Origin: Planctomycetota bacterium
GTDB lineage: Bacteria; Planctomycetota; B15-G4; SIAN01
Assembly (NCBI GenBank): GCA_031409275.1
Contig: JANNXA010000040.1
Location: 128,001-192,000, forward strand
Length of the DNA: 64,000 nt
Direction of reading: 5' to 3'
Every line of letters starts with the position of its first letter. The first letter of the stretch is position 1. Under the pieces are notes generated by a model. It searched no databases. It saw only the letters and a list, made by a program, of their open reading frames with translations, and had not been told where the DNA came from. Made by a program: the position numbers and the translations under genes. Positions 28,828 through 39,202 of this stretch are shown one piece after another.

Positions 28828-30963
28828 ATGCTTCCCCACCCTGCTGCCGCCGCGCCCTCGACCTTCGCTGACCTCGTGCGCAGCGTGCGTCGTCGCGCGC
28901 TCTTCGTGCTGGCCGCCGTGGCGGTCGCCGTCGTCGCCGCCGCCGCGTGGGCCGTGCGCGCTCCCAAGCAGTACCGCGCCACCGCGTCGCTGCTGATCGA
29001 GCGGCCGCTGGCGACCGACCTCGGCATCAGCTCGCCGTTTGGCGCCGCACAGGAGCTCGACCGCTTCGCCGCCACCCAGCTCCAGGTCCTGCGCAGCCGC
29101 ACCGTGCTCGACGCGCTCGAACAGCGGCTCGACGTCAGTGGCTGGCCGGAGTTCGCCGGCCTCGATGGCGAGGCGCGTTCCGGCGCGCTCGCCGATGCGC
29201 TCGAGATCGAGCCGCGCGGCCAGAGCGCGCTGGTCGACGTCGGCTTCGTCGCGCTCGATGCGCAACACGCCGCGACCTTGGTGAACGAGCTGTGCGCGAC
29301 CTACCTGAGCCACGTCGCCAGCCGCGAGAAGGAGCACGTCCGCAACGACCTCGCGGCCATCGAGTCGGAGCTGCCGCGCCTCGTCGCGCAGCGCGAACAG
29401 GCGCGCGGCGATCTCGACCAGTTCAAGAAAGCGAGCGCGTCGCTCACCTTCGACGGCCGCGAAGAGCTGCTGCAGGAGGAGTTGAAACAGCAGAGCCGCA
29501 TCGTCCAGGAGGCGCGCGAACAGCAGGATGATCTCGAAGCGCGCTGCTCGATCATCGATCAGTACGGCGTCGACGCCGACCGCGCCGCGTTGGCGCGCGC
29601 GCTCGATCTCGAGCCGAGCCGCGAGGCCATCACCAAGCTCGTCGAGTTCGAGACGCGACGCGCCGAGCTCGCCGGGCTGCAGGGGACGCGCACCGCGCAG
29701 CTCGCGACGCTCGACGCCGAGATCGAGCGGCTGCATACGGCGCTTGCCGGCGAAGAACAGGCGGCGATCGCCGGACTCGTGCTGAAGCTCGAGATCGCGC
29801 GCAAGGAGGTCGGCCACGCCGAGGCGCGACTCGAACAGCTGCGCACCACCGCCACCGAGCTCGACCGCGCCAAGTCGGAGCACGACGCGCTCGCTTCGCG
29901 CGTCGCCGACGCCACCGGGCTCTTCGATCGGCTGAGCCAGCGTCGCGACGAGCTGCTCGTGCTCGAAGCACGCAACGGCACGGGCAGCCGCATCTACGTG
30001 CAGGATCGCGCTTCGGTGCCGACCGTTCCATGCGCACCGCACCGGCTGGCCGCCATCGCCATCGCGCTCGTCTTCGGCCTGCTGGTCGGGATCGCGGGCG
30101 CGCTCGCGCTCGAACGATTCGACGACCGCGTCGGCGCCATCGAGGAGCTCGAAGCGTCGCTCGAAACCAGCTCGATCGCCCGCATCCCCCACCTGCCCCT
30201 CACGGCCGGCACCGCGCCGGAGTACGAATGGGTCAAGCGGCCGGAGGCGTTCCCGGCCGACGAATTCCGCAAGCTCTTCCTCACGCTCGGCGGCGACCAA
30301 GGCACGACCGATCGCGCCCGCGCGATCACCGTACTGTCGGCGGTTCCGCGCGAAGGCAAGACGCTGGTCGCGACCGGCATCGCGATGGCCGCCGCCCGCG
30401 CCGGCTTCTCCACGCTGCTGATCGATGGCGACTTGAAGCGCCCGCGCCTCCACGAGGTCTTCTCGCTCGAGTCCGAGGCCGGCGTGCTCGACCACCTGGC
30501 CGGACGCAGCGCGCTCGAGCAGGTGGTCCATGCCACCCGCTTCGACAACCTGTCGCTGCTTCCCGCCGGCACGCCGACGCCCGATCTCGAACGCCTCGCG
30601 CACCCGCGCGCACTGGCGCGACTCGTCGAGCAGCTGCGCAAGGGCTGGCAGGTGATCGTCTTCGATACTTCGCCGACGCTGCTCTCCGCCGACGCATTCG
30701 TCTTCGCGCGCCACGCCGATGCGCGCGTGCTGGTCGCCTCCGCCGCGAGCTCGAAGGTCGGGCCGCTGCGCCAGGCGATGGCGCAACTGCGCCACCTCGG
30801 CATCGAGGTCGCCGGGACCGTCATCAACCGTCACGCGTCGCCGCCTGCACCTTATGGCGCCTACGACTACACGCAGGTCGCCGGCAGCAAGCGGCGCGCG
30901 CGCTCGGTCGCCTCGGCCACCAAGGTCGAAAGCGCGGGCGTCGGCACGCCGCCGGAGCGATGA
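28828..30963 (+). CDS. wzc: Wzc-type polysaccharide co-polymerase / tyrosine kinase
   Basis: Two TM segments, coiled coil, SAVPREGKT, LIDGDLKRP, IVFDTSP, PYGAYDY tyrosine cluster. Confidence 0.9.
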   Translation: MLPHPAAAAPSTFADLVRSVRRRALFVLAAVAVAVVAAAAWAVRAPKQYRATASLLIERPLATDLGISSPFGAAQELDRFAATQLQVLRSRTVLDALEQRLDVSGWPEFAGLDGEARSGALADALEIEPRGQSALVDVGFVALDAQHAATLVNELCATYLSHVASREKEHVRNDLAAIESELPRLVAQREQARGDLDQFKKASASLTFDGREELLQEELKQQSRIVQEAREQQDDLEARCSIIDQYGVDADRAALARALDLEPSREAITKLVEFETRRAELAGLQGTRTAQLATLDAEIERLHTALAGEEQAAIAGLVLKLEIARKEVGHAEARLEQLRTTATELDRAKSEHDALASRVADATGLFDRLSQRRDELLVLEARNGTGSRIYVQDRASVPTVPCAPHRLAAIAIALVFGLLVGIAGALALERFDDRVGAIEELEASLETSSIARIPHLPLTAGTAPEYEWVKRPEAFPADEFRKLFLTLGGDQGTTDRARAITVLSAVPREGKTLVATGIAMAAARAGFSTLLIDGDLKRPRLHEVFSLESEAGVLDHLAGRSALEQVVHATRFDNLSLLPAGTPTPDLERLAHPRALARLVEQLRKGWQVIVFDTSPTLLSADAFVFARHADARVLVASAASSKVGPLRQAMAQLRHLGIEVAGTVINRHASPPAPYGAYDYTQVAGSKRRARSVASATKVESAGVGTPPER

Positions 30964-30964
30964 G

Positions 30965-31930
30965 ATGCACCCCGCCACCGCTCGCGCCCCGTTCGTGGCG
31001 CTGCTCGCGGCGGCCTTCGCGCTGGTCGAGCGTTGGCCCGATCCGCTCGCGCAAGCCGAGCAGATCGCGCGCACCGCCGATTCGTTCGCCGTCGCCGAGT
31101 TCGCGTGCGGCCGGGCGCCCCGCGTCGCCGTCGGCCACCTGATCGCCGCCGCGCTCGCGGAGGAAGAAGGCGTGGCGACCGCCGCGCGCAGCGAGATCGA
31201 ACGGGCCGCGCGCGCGGCTCCTTGGCTCGGCGAGATCCAGCACGGCGTTGCCGATGCGCTGCTGGTCGATGCCGTCGAGCAGCACGATCCGGCGCGCCTC
31301 GCCGCCGCCGCACGCGCCTACGCCGTCGCCGTCGCGACCGGCACGCTTCCGACCAGCGCGGCCTTCGCCGCGCTCGCAGCGGCCGACGCTTCCCCAGCGC
31401 TCTTCGAGCAGGTTGCCGGAAACGATCGCGCGCGCCGCGAGGCGTTGCTCGAGCACTACGCGCGCCGCCTCGCGAGCGAGCTGGCGCTCGAGCTGGCCGC
31501 CACGCTCGATCGTGAACGCGGCGGAGCAGGCGCACCGATGGCCGCGCTCGCCCATCGCCGACTCGCGGCCGCCCATCTCGAGGCGGGCGATCCAGCGCTC
31601 GCGGCGCGCCACTTCGAACGCGCCGCGCAGCTCGCCGGAACTCCGGAGGTGTTGGCCCTCGATCGCACGCAGGCGTGGTTCGCCGCCGGAAACTACGAAG
31701 CGGGCAGCGCGGCTCTGGTCGTCGGCCTCGCGCACGGACAGTTCGACGCTGCGCAAGGCGCGGCGCTGCTGCAAGCGGCGGCCGATCCGGTGCGCGCGTC
31801 CGACGCGTTGTACGACGCCCTTCGCGCCGCACCCGACCCGCAGCTTGCGCCGCGAGCGGCGCCACTCTTCGCGGCGCTCGGTCAGCGGGAACGCCAGCAG
31901 CAGCTGCTGCTGTTCGGCGGCGCGCGATGA
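30965..31930 (+). CDS. Hypothetical helical (TPR-like) protein
   Basis: Ala-rich helical ORF coupled to both neighbours. Confidence 0.6.
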   Translation: MHPATARAPFVALLAAAFALVERWPDPLAQAEQIARTADSFAVAEFACGRAPRVAVGHLIAAALAEEEGVATAARSEIERAARAAPWLGEIQHGVADALLVDAVEQHDPARLAAAARAYAVAVATGTLPTSAAFAALAAADASPALFEQVAGNDRARREALLEHYARRLASELALELAATLDRERGGAGAPMAALAHRRLAAAHLEAGDPALAARHFERAAQLAGTPEVLALDRTQAWFAAGNYEAGSAALVVGLAHGQFDAAQGAALLQAAADPVRASDALYDALRAAPDPQLAPRAAPLFAALGQRERQQQLLLFGGAR

Positions 31931-33231
31931 GTCGCACGCACGCCGTGGTCGCCGAACCAGTCCCGACGGTGAGCGAGCCGACGCGAGCGGCCATCGTCGC
32001 GTTGGCTGGCATCGCCCTGGTGCCATTGCTGCTCGGCGGCTTCGTTCCCGGACTCGGGATCAGCGTCGCACTCGCCTGCGCCGCCGCATGGAGGCCACGC
32101 GCCGAGCCGCTCCTCGCGCCGTCCACGGCGACGCGCCAGTTCGCGCTGCTGCTGATGGCGGCACTCGCCTGGTCGGCGGTGACGCTGCTGCCGTTGCCCC
32201 TCCGTCTGCACCAGTGGCTCGCGCCGGGCGCGACCGCGCTCGACCTCGCACTGGGCGGCGATGCGAATGCGGTGTCCCTCTCGCGCGATCCTGCGGCGAC
32301 CCGGCTGGCGCTGCTCGCGCTGGCGCTGGGCGCGAGCGTGGTCGCGGCCGTGCGCCACGTCGGCCGGACTGCGCGCGCGCGCGCCTTGCTGCAAGGGGCG
32401 CTGATCGCGAGCGCGAGCGCGGTCGCGCTGCTCGGCATCGTCGAGACCTTCCTTGGCGAGCCGCTGCTGCAGCGGGGATTGCCGGCCCACGCGCGCCCGT
32501 TCGGGCCGTTCGCCAATCGCAATCACGCGGGCGTCTTGCTGGTGCTGGCGCTGCCGCTGGCGCTGGCCGCCGCACGCCGCGCGTCCCAATCGCAGCGACG
32601 AGCGGCCGGCTGCGCCGCCACGGGCGCCAGCGTCATGCTGCTGCTCGGCTTGCTGGTGAACGGCTCGCGCGGCGCCGCCCTTGCAGCACTGCTGGTGACC
32701 CTCTTCAGCCTCCTGTTCGCGCGGGGTCGGCGTGGCGCGAAGCTGCTGTTGAGCGGCGCCGTCATCGCGGCCCTGGTGCTGCCCGGCGCCGCGTTCGCGC
32801 GCCGTGGCGACGCCACCACGATCGCGGAGCGCGTGACCCTGGCGGGTGACGCGCTGCGGATGGCGGGCGACTCGCCGCTGCTCGGCATCGGCCTTGGCGC
32901 GTTCGGATCCGCCTACCCTCCCTACCAGACGGTGCCGCGCGACCTGCGCTTCCGTCACGTCGAATGCGAGCCGCTCGAACTGCTGGTCGAAGGCGGCGTC
33001 CCGCTGCTCCTCCTCGCTCTGCTGGCATTGGCGCTGCTGCTGCGCGTGGCGACGCGCGTGCTGGCGAGCCCTCGACTCGATGACGCGGCCCTCGCCGCGA
33101 GCGCGCTCGCGGTGCCGTTCCACGCGTGGTGCGACTTCCCGCTGCGCATTCCCGGCGTCGCGCTGCCCTTCGCCATGAGCGTCGGCCTGCTGCTGGCCGT
33201 CCATGACGCCGCCTCCGAGGGCGCGCGATGA
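31927..33231 (+). CDS. O-antigen ligase family membrane protein
   Basis: GPFANRNH, GSRG, PLLGIGLGAF, HVECEPLELLVEGG, H.WCDFPL. Confidence 0.85.
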   Translation: MSRTHAVVAEPVPTVSEPTRAAIVALAGIALVPLLLGGFVPGLGISVALACAAAWRPRAEPLLAPSTATRQFALLLMAALAWSAVTLLPLPLRLHQWLAPGATALDLALGGDANAVSLSRDPAATRLALLALALGASVVAAVRHVGRTARARALLQGALIASASAVALLGIVETFLGEPLLQRGLPAHARPFGPFANRNHAGVLLVLALPLALAAARRASQSQRRAAGCAATGASVMLLLGLLVNGSRGAALAALLVTLFSLLFARGRRGAKLLLSGAVIAALVLPGAAFARRGDATTIAERVTLAGDALRMAGDSPLLGIGLGAFGSAYPPYQTVPRDLRFRHVECEPLELLVEGGVPLLLLALLALALLLRVATRVLASPRLDDAALAASALAVPFHAWCDFPLRIPGVALPFAMSVGLLLAVHDAASEGAR

Positions 33232-34355
33232 AGCTCTCGGTGCTCGAAGTGCTGGGCTACTCGACGGCGGGAGGAGCGGCCGAATCGGTGCTCGAACTCG
33301 TGGCAGCGCTGGTGCGCGACGGTCATCGAGTGACGCTCGCGGCGCCGCCCGAACCTGGTTTTGGCGAGCGCGCAGCGGCGGCGGGCGCCTGCTACGTGCC
33401 CGTGGCGATGACATCGCGGCGCGACGCGAAGAGCTTCGCCCAACTGGTGGCGCTGATGCGCCGCGAACGCTTCGACGTCGTGCACACCCACTGCCGCAAC
33501 GCCGACCTGCACGGCGGGCTCGCGGCGCGCTGGCATGGCGAAAGTGCGCTGGTGAGCCATCTGCGCGGCCTGCTGGTCGACGGCGACGGACGCCCCGCCA
33601 ACACCTGGGTCGATCGCCTCCATCGCGCGGTGCTGCGCCGATTGCCGCGCCGGATCGTGGCGGTCAGCGAAGCGGTGCGCGCCCGTGCGCTGGCCACGCT
33701 TGCGCTGCCGGGGCCGCGCGTCATCACCGTCCGCAACGGGATCGCGTTGGCGCGCTTCGCTGCGCCGAAGCGGTCCCCCGCCGAGGTACGCGCCGAACTC
33801 GCCGTCCCCGCCGGAGTGCCGCTCCTGCTCGCGATCGGGACGCTCGGCCGCTGCAAGGGGCAGGACCTGTTGATCGAGGCCCTGGCGCAGTTGCGCGAGC
33901 CGGCGCTGCTGGCGCTGGTCGGCGAAGGAGCCGCGCAATCGGCACTGACCGCGCAAGCGCAGCGGCTCGGCGTCGCGGATCGCGTCCGCTTCCTCGGCGC
34001 TCGCCGCGACGTCGTCGATCTGCTGCACGCGGCCGACCTCTTCGTACACGCCGCGCGTTGGGAGGGATTCGGGCGCGTGGTCGCCGAGGCGATGGCGGCG
34101 GGCCGGCCCGTGCTCGCCACGCGCGTCGGCGGCGTGCCGGAGTTCGTCGCGGACGGCGTCACCGGCCGCCTGGTCGCGCCCGACTCCGCTCCCGTCCTCG
34201 CTGGCGCCTTGACGGCGCTGCTCGCTGATCGCGGCCACGCGGCGCGGCTGGGTGCCGCCGCCGCCGACTTCGCCGTGCGCGAACTCGATGTCGAGACGAC
34301 CTCGCGCGGCGTCGCGCAAGTGCTGCAAGAAGCGGCCGCGGAGGCGCTCGCATGA
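33228..34355 (+). CDS. GT4 glycosyltransferase
   Basis: GGA.E, KGQD, EGFGRVVAEAMA. Confidence 0.92.
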   Translation: MKLSVLEVLGYSTAGGAAESVLELVAALVRDGHRVTLAAPPEPGFGERAAAAGACYVPVAMTSRRDAKSFAQLVALMRRERFDVVHTHCRNADLHGGLAARWHGESALVSHLRGLLVDGDGRPANTWVDRLHRAVLRRLPRRIVAVSEAVRARALATLALPGPRVITVRNGIALARFAAPKRSPAEVRAELAVPAGVPLLLAIGTLGRCKGQDLLIEALAQLREPALLALVGEGAAQSALTAQAQRLGVADRVRFLGARRDVVDLLHAADLFVHAARWEGFGRVVAEAMAAGRPVLATRVGGVPEFVADGVTGRLVAPDSAPVLAGALTALLADRGHAARLGAAAADFAVRELDVETTSRGVAQVLQEAAAEALA

Positions 34356-35818
34356 GCGGCGACCGGCACAAACCTCCCGCTCTCACCATCGCCCTCTCGC
34401 CGCGCGTCACCATCGCCATCGTGGCCGCGGCGGCGGCGCTCGCGCTTGGCGCGCTGGCAGGGGCCATCACGTCGGGGGATCCGCTCGCGCTGACGCTTGG
34501 CACCGTGGTGGTCGTCCTGCCGCTGTTGGCGCTCGCCGGCCGCGCCGGGCTCGACTTGCTGCTCGCCTGCGTGCTGTTCGGCGCGCTGGCATTCTTCACC
34601 GCCATCCGCCACCGCTCGACGCTCGGCGACGACGTGCCGCACCCCTTCTACGAATGGACGATCTGGCGCGTCACGCTGCCCGAACTCCTGGCCGTCGCCA
34701 CCCTGGCCGCGACGTTCCTGCACGCCCGCCACGCTCCCGGCGACGCACCGTCGCGGATCGGCGCGACGCCGTGGCTGGTGATCTCGTTCCTCATGCTGGC
34801 GCTCGCCTCCGGACTCGCGCGTGGGAACACTCTCGAAGCGTGCGTGCGCGACGGACGCAAGGTCGCCTACGTCGCGCTCGCGCACGTGCTGATCGTCCGC
34901 GTCGCGTCGGCGCCGGCGCGCCGCGAGCGGCTGCTGCGAGCGATCGGAGCGGCGCTCTTCGCCGCGTCCTTGGCGACGATCGGCGCGTGGTGGCTCGATG
35001 AGGGGTTCCACTACAACGGGACGACCCGAGCGAGCGTCGACGTCTCCGACTTCCTGGGATTCCTCGGCATCCTCTGCCTGCCGATGGCGCTCCTGCGCGG
35101 CAAAGCGAGCGGCGGCAGCAAGGCATGGCGTGTCGCGTTCATCGTCGCGGGTGCGGCGGCCACCATCTGCACCTTCTCACGCGCGGCCTGGTGCGCGGCG
35201 CCGATCGCCGTGGCCGTCGTGGCGCTCCATCCGACGCCAGCAGCGGGCCGCTCGACGCGCTGGCCCACGCTGCTGGTGGTGGCGGCGGCGTTGCTCGCGC
35301 CGTTCCTCTTCAGCGGCATCACGACCCAGGCGTGGTTGCGATTGGCTCCCCTCTTCGATCCAGCCGGCGATCCCAGCATCACCTACCGCGTTCGCGAGCT
35401 GCGCGGCGCGTTCGCGGTCGCGCTCGACCACCCGCTCGCGGGAATCGGATTCGGGACCTCCTTCGATGCCGGTGCGGCGCTGATCGATCGGCGCCGCGGC
35501 TCGGCGACGCTGGTCCACAGCCTCTTCCTGTGGAGCGCGATGAAGGCCGGAATCCCGGGGCTCTCCCTGCTCTGCGCGGCGCTCGTGCTGACCGCCAGAC
35601 GGCTTTCACGTGCGGCCCGCTCACAACGCGACCCGCGCGCCGCGGCGCTGGCACTCGGGCTGCTCGGAATGGTGGTCGGATTCCTGGTCATCGGTCAGGT
35701 CGGCGCGATGTTGAACCAGGCGCGCACCGCCTTCCTGCTCGGCACGCTCACCGGACTCGCGCAGACGTTGTCGGCGCAGACGGCTGCGACGGCGACGAGA
35801 CGGGCGGCGGCGCCATGA
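34352..35818 (+). CDS. Wzy/O-antigen ligase family polymerase
   Basis: Multiple TM segments, TFSRAAW, HPLAGIGFG, VHS. Confidence 0.8.
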   Translation: MSGDRHKPPALTIALSPRVTIAIVAAAAALALGALAGAITSGDPLALTLGTVVVVLPLLALAGRAGLDLLLACVLFGALAFFTAIRHRSTLGDDVPHPFYEWTIWRVTLPELLAVATLAATFLHARHAPGDAPSRIGATPWLVISFLMLALASGLARGNTLEACVRDGRKVAYVALAHVLIVRVASAPARRERLLRAIGAALFAASLATIGAWWLDEGFHYNGTTRASVDVSDFLGFLGILCLPMALLRGKASGGSKAWRVAFIVAGAAATICTFSRAAWCAAPIAVAVVALHPTPAAGRSTRWPTLLVVAAALLAPFLFSGITTQAWLRLAPLFDPAGDPSITYRVRELRGAFAVALDHPLAGIGFGTSFDAGAALIDRRRGSATLVHSLFLWSAMKAGIPGLSLLCAALVLTARRLSRAARSQRDPRAAALALGLLGMVVGFLVIGQVGAMLNQARTAFLLGTLTGLAQTLSAQTAATATRRAAAP

Positions 35819-36918
35819 AAGTCGTCTACTTCGGGGCCTTCGATGAGCAGGTGAGTCCACGCGTGCGCATGCTGCGCGATGGACTGCGGCGTCATGGCGT
35901 CGAGGTCGTCGAGTGCCGCGCGCACGGCAAGGTGGCGACGCGCTGGTCGAAGCTGGCGTCGACGTTGCCGCGCGCGGCGCGCGGCGCCGACCTGATCCTG
36001 GTCGGCAAACCGGGACAGCGCGAGCTGCCGCTCGCGTGGGCTGCCGCGCGACTGCTCCACCTGCCCGTGGCCCTCGATCTGTTCGCCTCGCTGTGGCTGA
36101 ACGAAGTCGAGGAGCGCCATCGCGTCGCCCCCGACTCCTTCGCCGCAAAAAAGCTGCGCGTCCTCGATCGCTTCGCGTTGCGCCGCCCCGACATCTGCCT
36201 GGTCGACACGCTGGCGCACGGTCGCTTGATGGCGGCCACCCTCCTCGAGGGGCGGCGCGCGGCAGCGCAGGAGCGCGTCTTCGTCGGTGCCGAGGAGTGC
36301 TTCACGCCGCGCCCGCGCGTGCGGCACGCCGGCTCGTTCGAGGCGCTCTTCGTCGGCACCTTCATTCCATTCCACGGCGTCGATGTCGTGCTTCAGGCCG
36401 CCGCACGGCTGCGCAACGAATCGACGTTGCGCTTCACGCTGCTCGGCGACGGTCAGGAGCGCGAGCGGATGGAGCGGATGGCCGCCGAGCTCGCGCTCGA
36501 CAACGTCCGCTTCGAGCCCGCGATTCCCTACCGCGAGCTGCCGGCGCGACTCGCGCGCGCCGACCTCGCGCTCGGCACCTTCGGCGCGACGCCGACCGCC
36601 CAGGTCGTGATCCCGAAGAAGGTCTTCGCCGCGCTCGCCAGCGCGATCCCGGTGGTGACCGCCGACGGCGCCGGGATCCGCGAGGCGCTCGACGACGAGA
36701 CCGCCTACCTCTGCGCGCCCGGCGATCCGGCGGCGCTGGCGGCGACGCTGCGGCGCGCGCTCGACGACGGTGTGCGGCGCAGCGAGGTGGCCGCACGTGG
36801 CCGCGCGCTGCACGAGCGGCGTTTCACCGTGACGGCCACTGGCGCGAGCTGCCTCGCGGTGCTGACGCAACTGCTGACGGCGCGCGCCTCGTCGACCGCG
36901 AGCTCGGCAGCGCCATGA
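35815..36918 (+). CDS. GT4 glycosyltransferase
   Basis: FVGTFIPFHGVD, LGTFG, IPKKVFAALA. Confidence 0.85.
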   Translation: MKVVYFGAFDEQVSPRVRMLRDGLRRHGVEVVECRAHGKVATRWSKLASTLPRAARGADLILVGKPGQRELPLAWAAARLLHLPVALDLFASLWLNEVEERHRVAPDSFAAKKLRVLDRFALRRPDICLVDTLAHGRLMAATLLEGRRAAAQERVFVGAEECFTPRPRVRHAGSFEALFVGTFIPFHGVDVVLQAAARLRNESTLRFTLLGDGQERERMERMAAELALDNVRFEPAIPYRELPARLARADLALGTFGATPTAQVVIPKKVFAALASAIPVVTADGAGIREALDDETAYLCAPGDPAALAATLRRALDDGVRRSEVAARGRALHERRFTVTATGASCLAVLTQLLTARASSTASSAAP

Positions 36919-38309
36919 GCGTGGCGCGACGCCTGACGCGCGACGGCGCCCTGCTCGCCGGCGGGGCATTGTGCAGCCGCTTGCTGCAGGCGGCGGGGTA
37001 CGCGTTGCTCGCGCGCGCGCTGCCCCCCAGCGACTTCGGCACGCTGGCACTCGCGGCGATCGCGATCAATGCGCTCACGTTGCTGCCCGGCTTCGGGCTC
37101 GGGACCGCGCTGCTCGCGCGGCGCGAGGATCCGCGGCCGGTCGCGCCCGGCGCCGTCACGGCGGCGCTGCTTGGCGGCGTCTTCGTCACGTTGCTCGCGT
37201 GCGCGATCGCCTGGTTCGTCGATCGACACGGCGATCCGCAAGTGGCCGCGCTGATCGTGCTGCTCGGAGTTGCGTTGCTGTTCCAAGGGCCTGGAGTCGT
37301 CGCCGGTGCGCTGCTCGATCGCGAGCGGCGCTACGGCGCGCGCGTCGCGGCCGACCTTGCCGGTGCTCTCGCCTCCCTCGTCGTTGCCATCACCGCGGCC
37401 CGGTGCGGCGCCGGAGCTCGCGCGCTCGCGCTCGGGCTGGTGGCAGCGGCCGCCACGCAGTCGTTGGTGGCGCTGCGAGCGGCGCGGCTGTGGCCTTCGT
37501 GGCGGCTCGAGCGAGAGAGCCTCCGTGGGCCCATGCGGCTCGGCGGATTGGTGCTGCTCACCGCGCTGCTGCAGTGGGTCTTCACGGCCGCCGATGTGGC
37601 GATCCTCGAATGGCGCTGCGGACGCGAGGCGGTCGGCTGCTACTCGACCGCGATGCAGCTGGCGATGGTGCCGGCCAGCGCGCTCGGCCTCCTGTCGGGC
37701 CGCCTCGCGCTGCCCGCGTTGATGCAGGCGCGTGTGCAGAATCGCGACGCCAGCCGCGGCTTCCTGCGCGCAAGCCAGTTGGCGGCGTTCTTCGCTGCGG
37801 CGGCGTGCGTCGTGATGGTGGCCGGCGCGCGCCCCCTGGTCGCGTTCCTCTACGGCGAGCGTTTCGCGGCAGCGGCGCCACTGCTCCCGATCCTGGCGCT
37901 GTCGGCATTCGCCCGCGTGCTCGGCGGACTCGCCGGCCCGGCGCTGCTGGCATGCGGTCGTGCGCGCACGGCCTGCTTGCTGGTGGCCGCGCAAGTGGCG
38001 CTCGCGCTGCCGGCCGCGCTGCTGGTGCCGGTCGAGTTCGGCGCCGGAGCGATCGCGCTGGTCTTCACGCTGGTGCAGGTCGCGGCGTGCGCCTTCGCCT
38101 TCACGCTGGGAGCGAACGGACTGTCGCTGCCGCGCGCCGCGACGTTGCGCGCGAGCTTGCTGCCACCGTTGGTTGCGCTCGGCCCGGCGCTGCTGACCGC
38201 GCGCCTCGCCCCCGATGCGTTCGCCCTCCACGCGGCGCTCGGGCTGCTGGTGCTGGCGCTGTTCGCGACGCTGCAATGGCGGGCGCGCGATCGGGGCGCG
38301 CTCGCATGA
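36915..38309 (+). CDS. wzx: Wzx-type oligosaccharide flippase
   Basis: LARAL.PSDFG, many TM helices, VGCYS.A, FLYGERF. Confidence 0.82.
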   Translation: MSVARRLTRDGALLAGGALCSRLLQAAGYALLARALPPSDFGTLALAAIAINALTLLPGFGLGTALLARREDPRPVAPGAVTAALLGGVFVTLLACAIAWFVDRHGDPQVAALIVLLGVALLFQGPGVVAGALLDRERRYGARVAADLAGALASLVVAITAARCGAGARALALGLVAAAATQSLVALRAARLWPSWRLERESLRGPMRLGGLVLLTALLQWVFTAADVAILEWRCGREAVGCYSTAMQLAMVPASALGLLSGRLALPALMQARVQNRDASRGFLRASQLAAFFAAAACVVMVAGARPLVAFLYGERFAAAAPLLPILALSAFARVLGGLAGPALLACGRARTACLLVAAQVALALPAALLVPVEFGAGAIALVFTLVQVAACAFAFTLGANGLSLPRAATLRASLLPPLVALGPALLTARLAPDAFALHAALGLLVLALFATLQWRARDRGALA

Positions 38310-39202
38310 ACGCCACGTTGCCCATCACGCTGGTGATGCCCGCCTACGCTCGCGCTCACCTCGTAGCGCGCACGCTGCCCGCCTGCCTGCGCCAGCCGGT
38401 CGCCGAGATCCTCGTCGTCGATGACGGCAGCCCGGAGCCGCTCGCCGAAGCGGTCGCGATCGCCGCGGGCGGAGATGCGCGCGTGCGACTGCTGCGGCTC
38501 GAGCGAAACGGCGGTTCGTGCGCGGCTCGCAACGCCGGTGCGGCCGCGGCGACGCAGCCGTGGCTCCTCTTCGTCGACGATGACGCGCTGCTGGCGGACG
38601 ACTACGCCGCGACGCTGTTCGCTCATGCGCAGGCGCATGGCGCCGACGCTGCGGCGGGCCGCCGCCTCTGGCTGCACGACGACGAGACGCCGGCGCAGGC
38701 GTTGGCGGCGCGAACGCGACACGTCACGCCCTCCGAGCTGATCGATCGCCGCCACTTCTGGTTCGACGACGAGGCGGCCTTCGACGACGACCTGCTGGTG
38801 CCGATGGCGTGCGCGATCATGCTGGTGCAGCGTCGCTGGTTCGACCACGCGCGATACGACGAGCAGCGTTATCGCCAGTCGGGCTTCCGCGAGGAGACCG
38901 ACTTCCAGATCGAGCTCGCACGGCGCGGCGCACGGCTGCTGGCCTGCCCCCACACCGCCTGCTTCAACCTGCCCAAGGCGGTCATGGGCCGCGCCGGCGG
39001 ACAGCGACGCGGACAGGTGCTGCGCTACGAATGGAACGTGCTGAAGAACGACGCGCGCTTCCGCGCGAAGCACTTCGCGGCGCTGAAGGGCGAGCTCGGT
39101 TTCGTGCCGGGCGCGACTCCGTGGATCGGGGCGCTGCACCACTACTTCGGATTCCGCGTGCCCTCGAAGCTTCGCCACGCGCTCCGTCGGGCCGGTCCAT
39201 GA
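38306..39202 (+). CDS. GT2 glycosyltransferase
   Basis: VMPAY, VVDDGS, ARNAG, FVDDD, REETDF. Confidence 0.9.
   Translation: MNATLPITLVMPAYARAHLVARTLPACLRQPVAEILVVDDGSPEPLAEAVAIAAGGDARVRLLRLERNGGSCAARNAGAAAATQPWLLFVDDDALLADDYAATLFAHAQAHGADAAAGRRLWLHDDETPAQALAARTRHVTPSELIDRRHFWFDDEAAFDDDLLVPMACAIMLVQRRWFDHARYDEQRYRQSGFREETDFQIELARRGARLLACPHTACFNLPKAVMGRAGGQRRGQVLRYEWNVLKNDARFRAKHFAALKGELGFVPGATPWIGALHHYFGFRVPSKLRHALRRAGP

Noticed and set aside
26218..31074. 1618-aa minus-strand ORF
   Set aside because: Antisense shadow of the barrel/OPX/wzc genes; typical of high-GC DNA, no motifs
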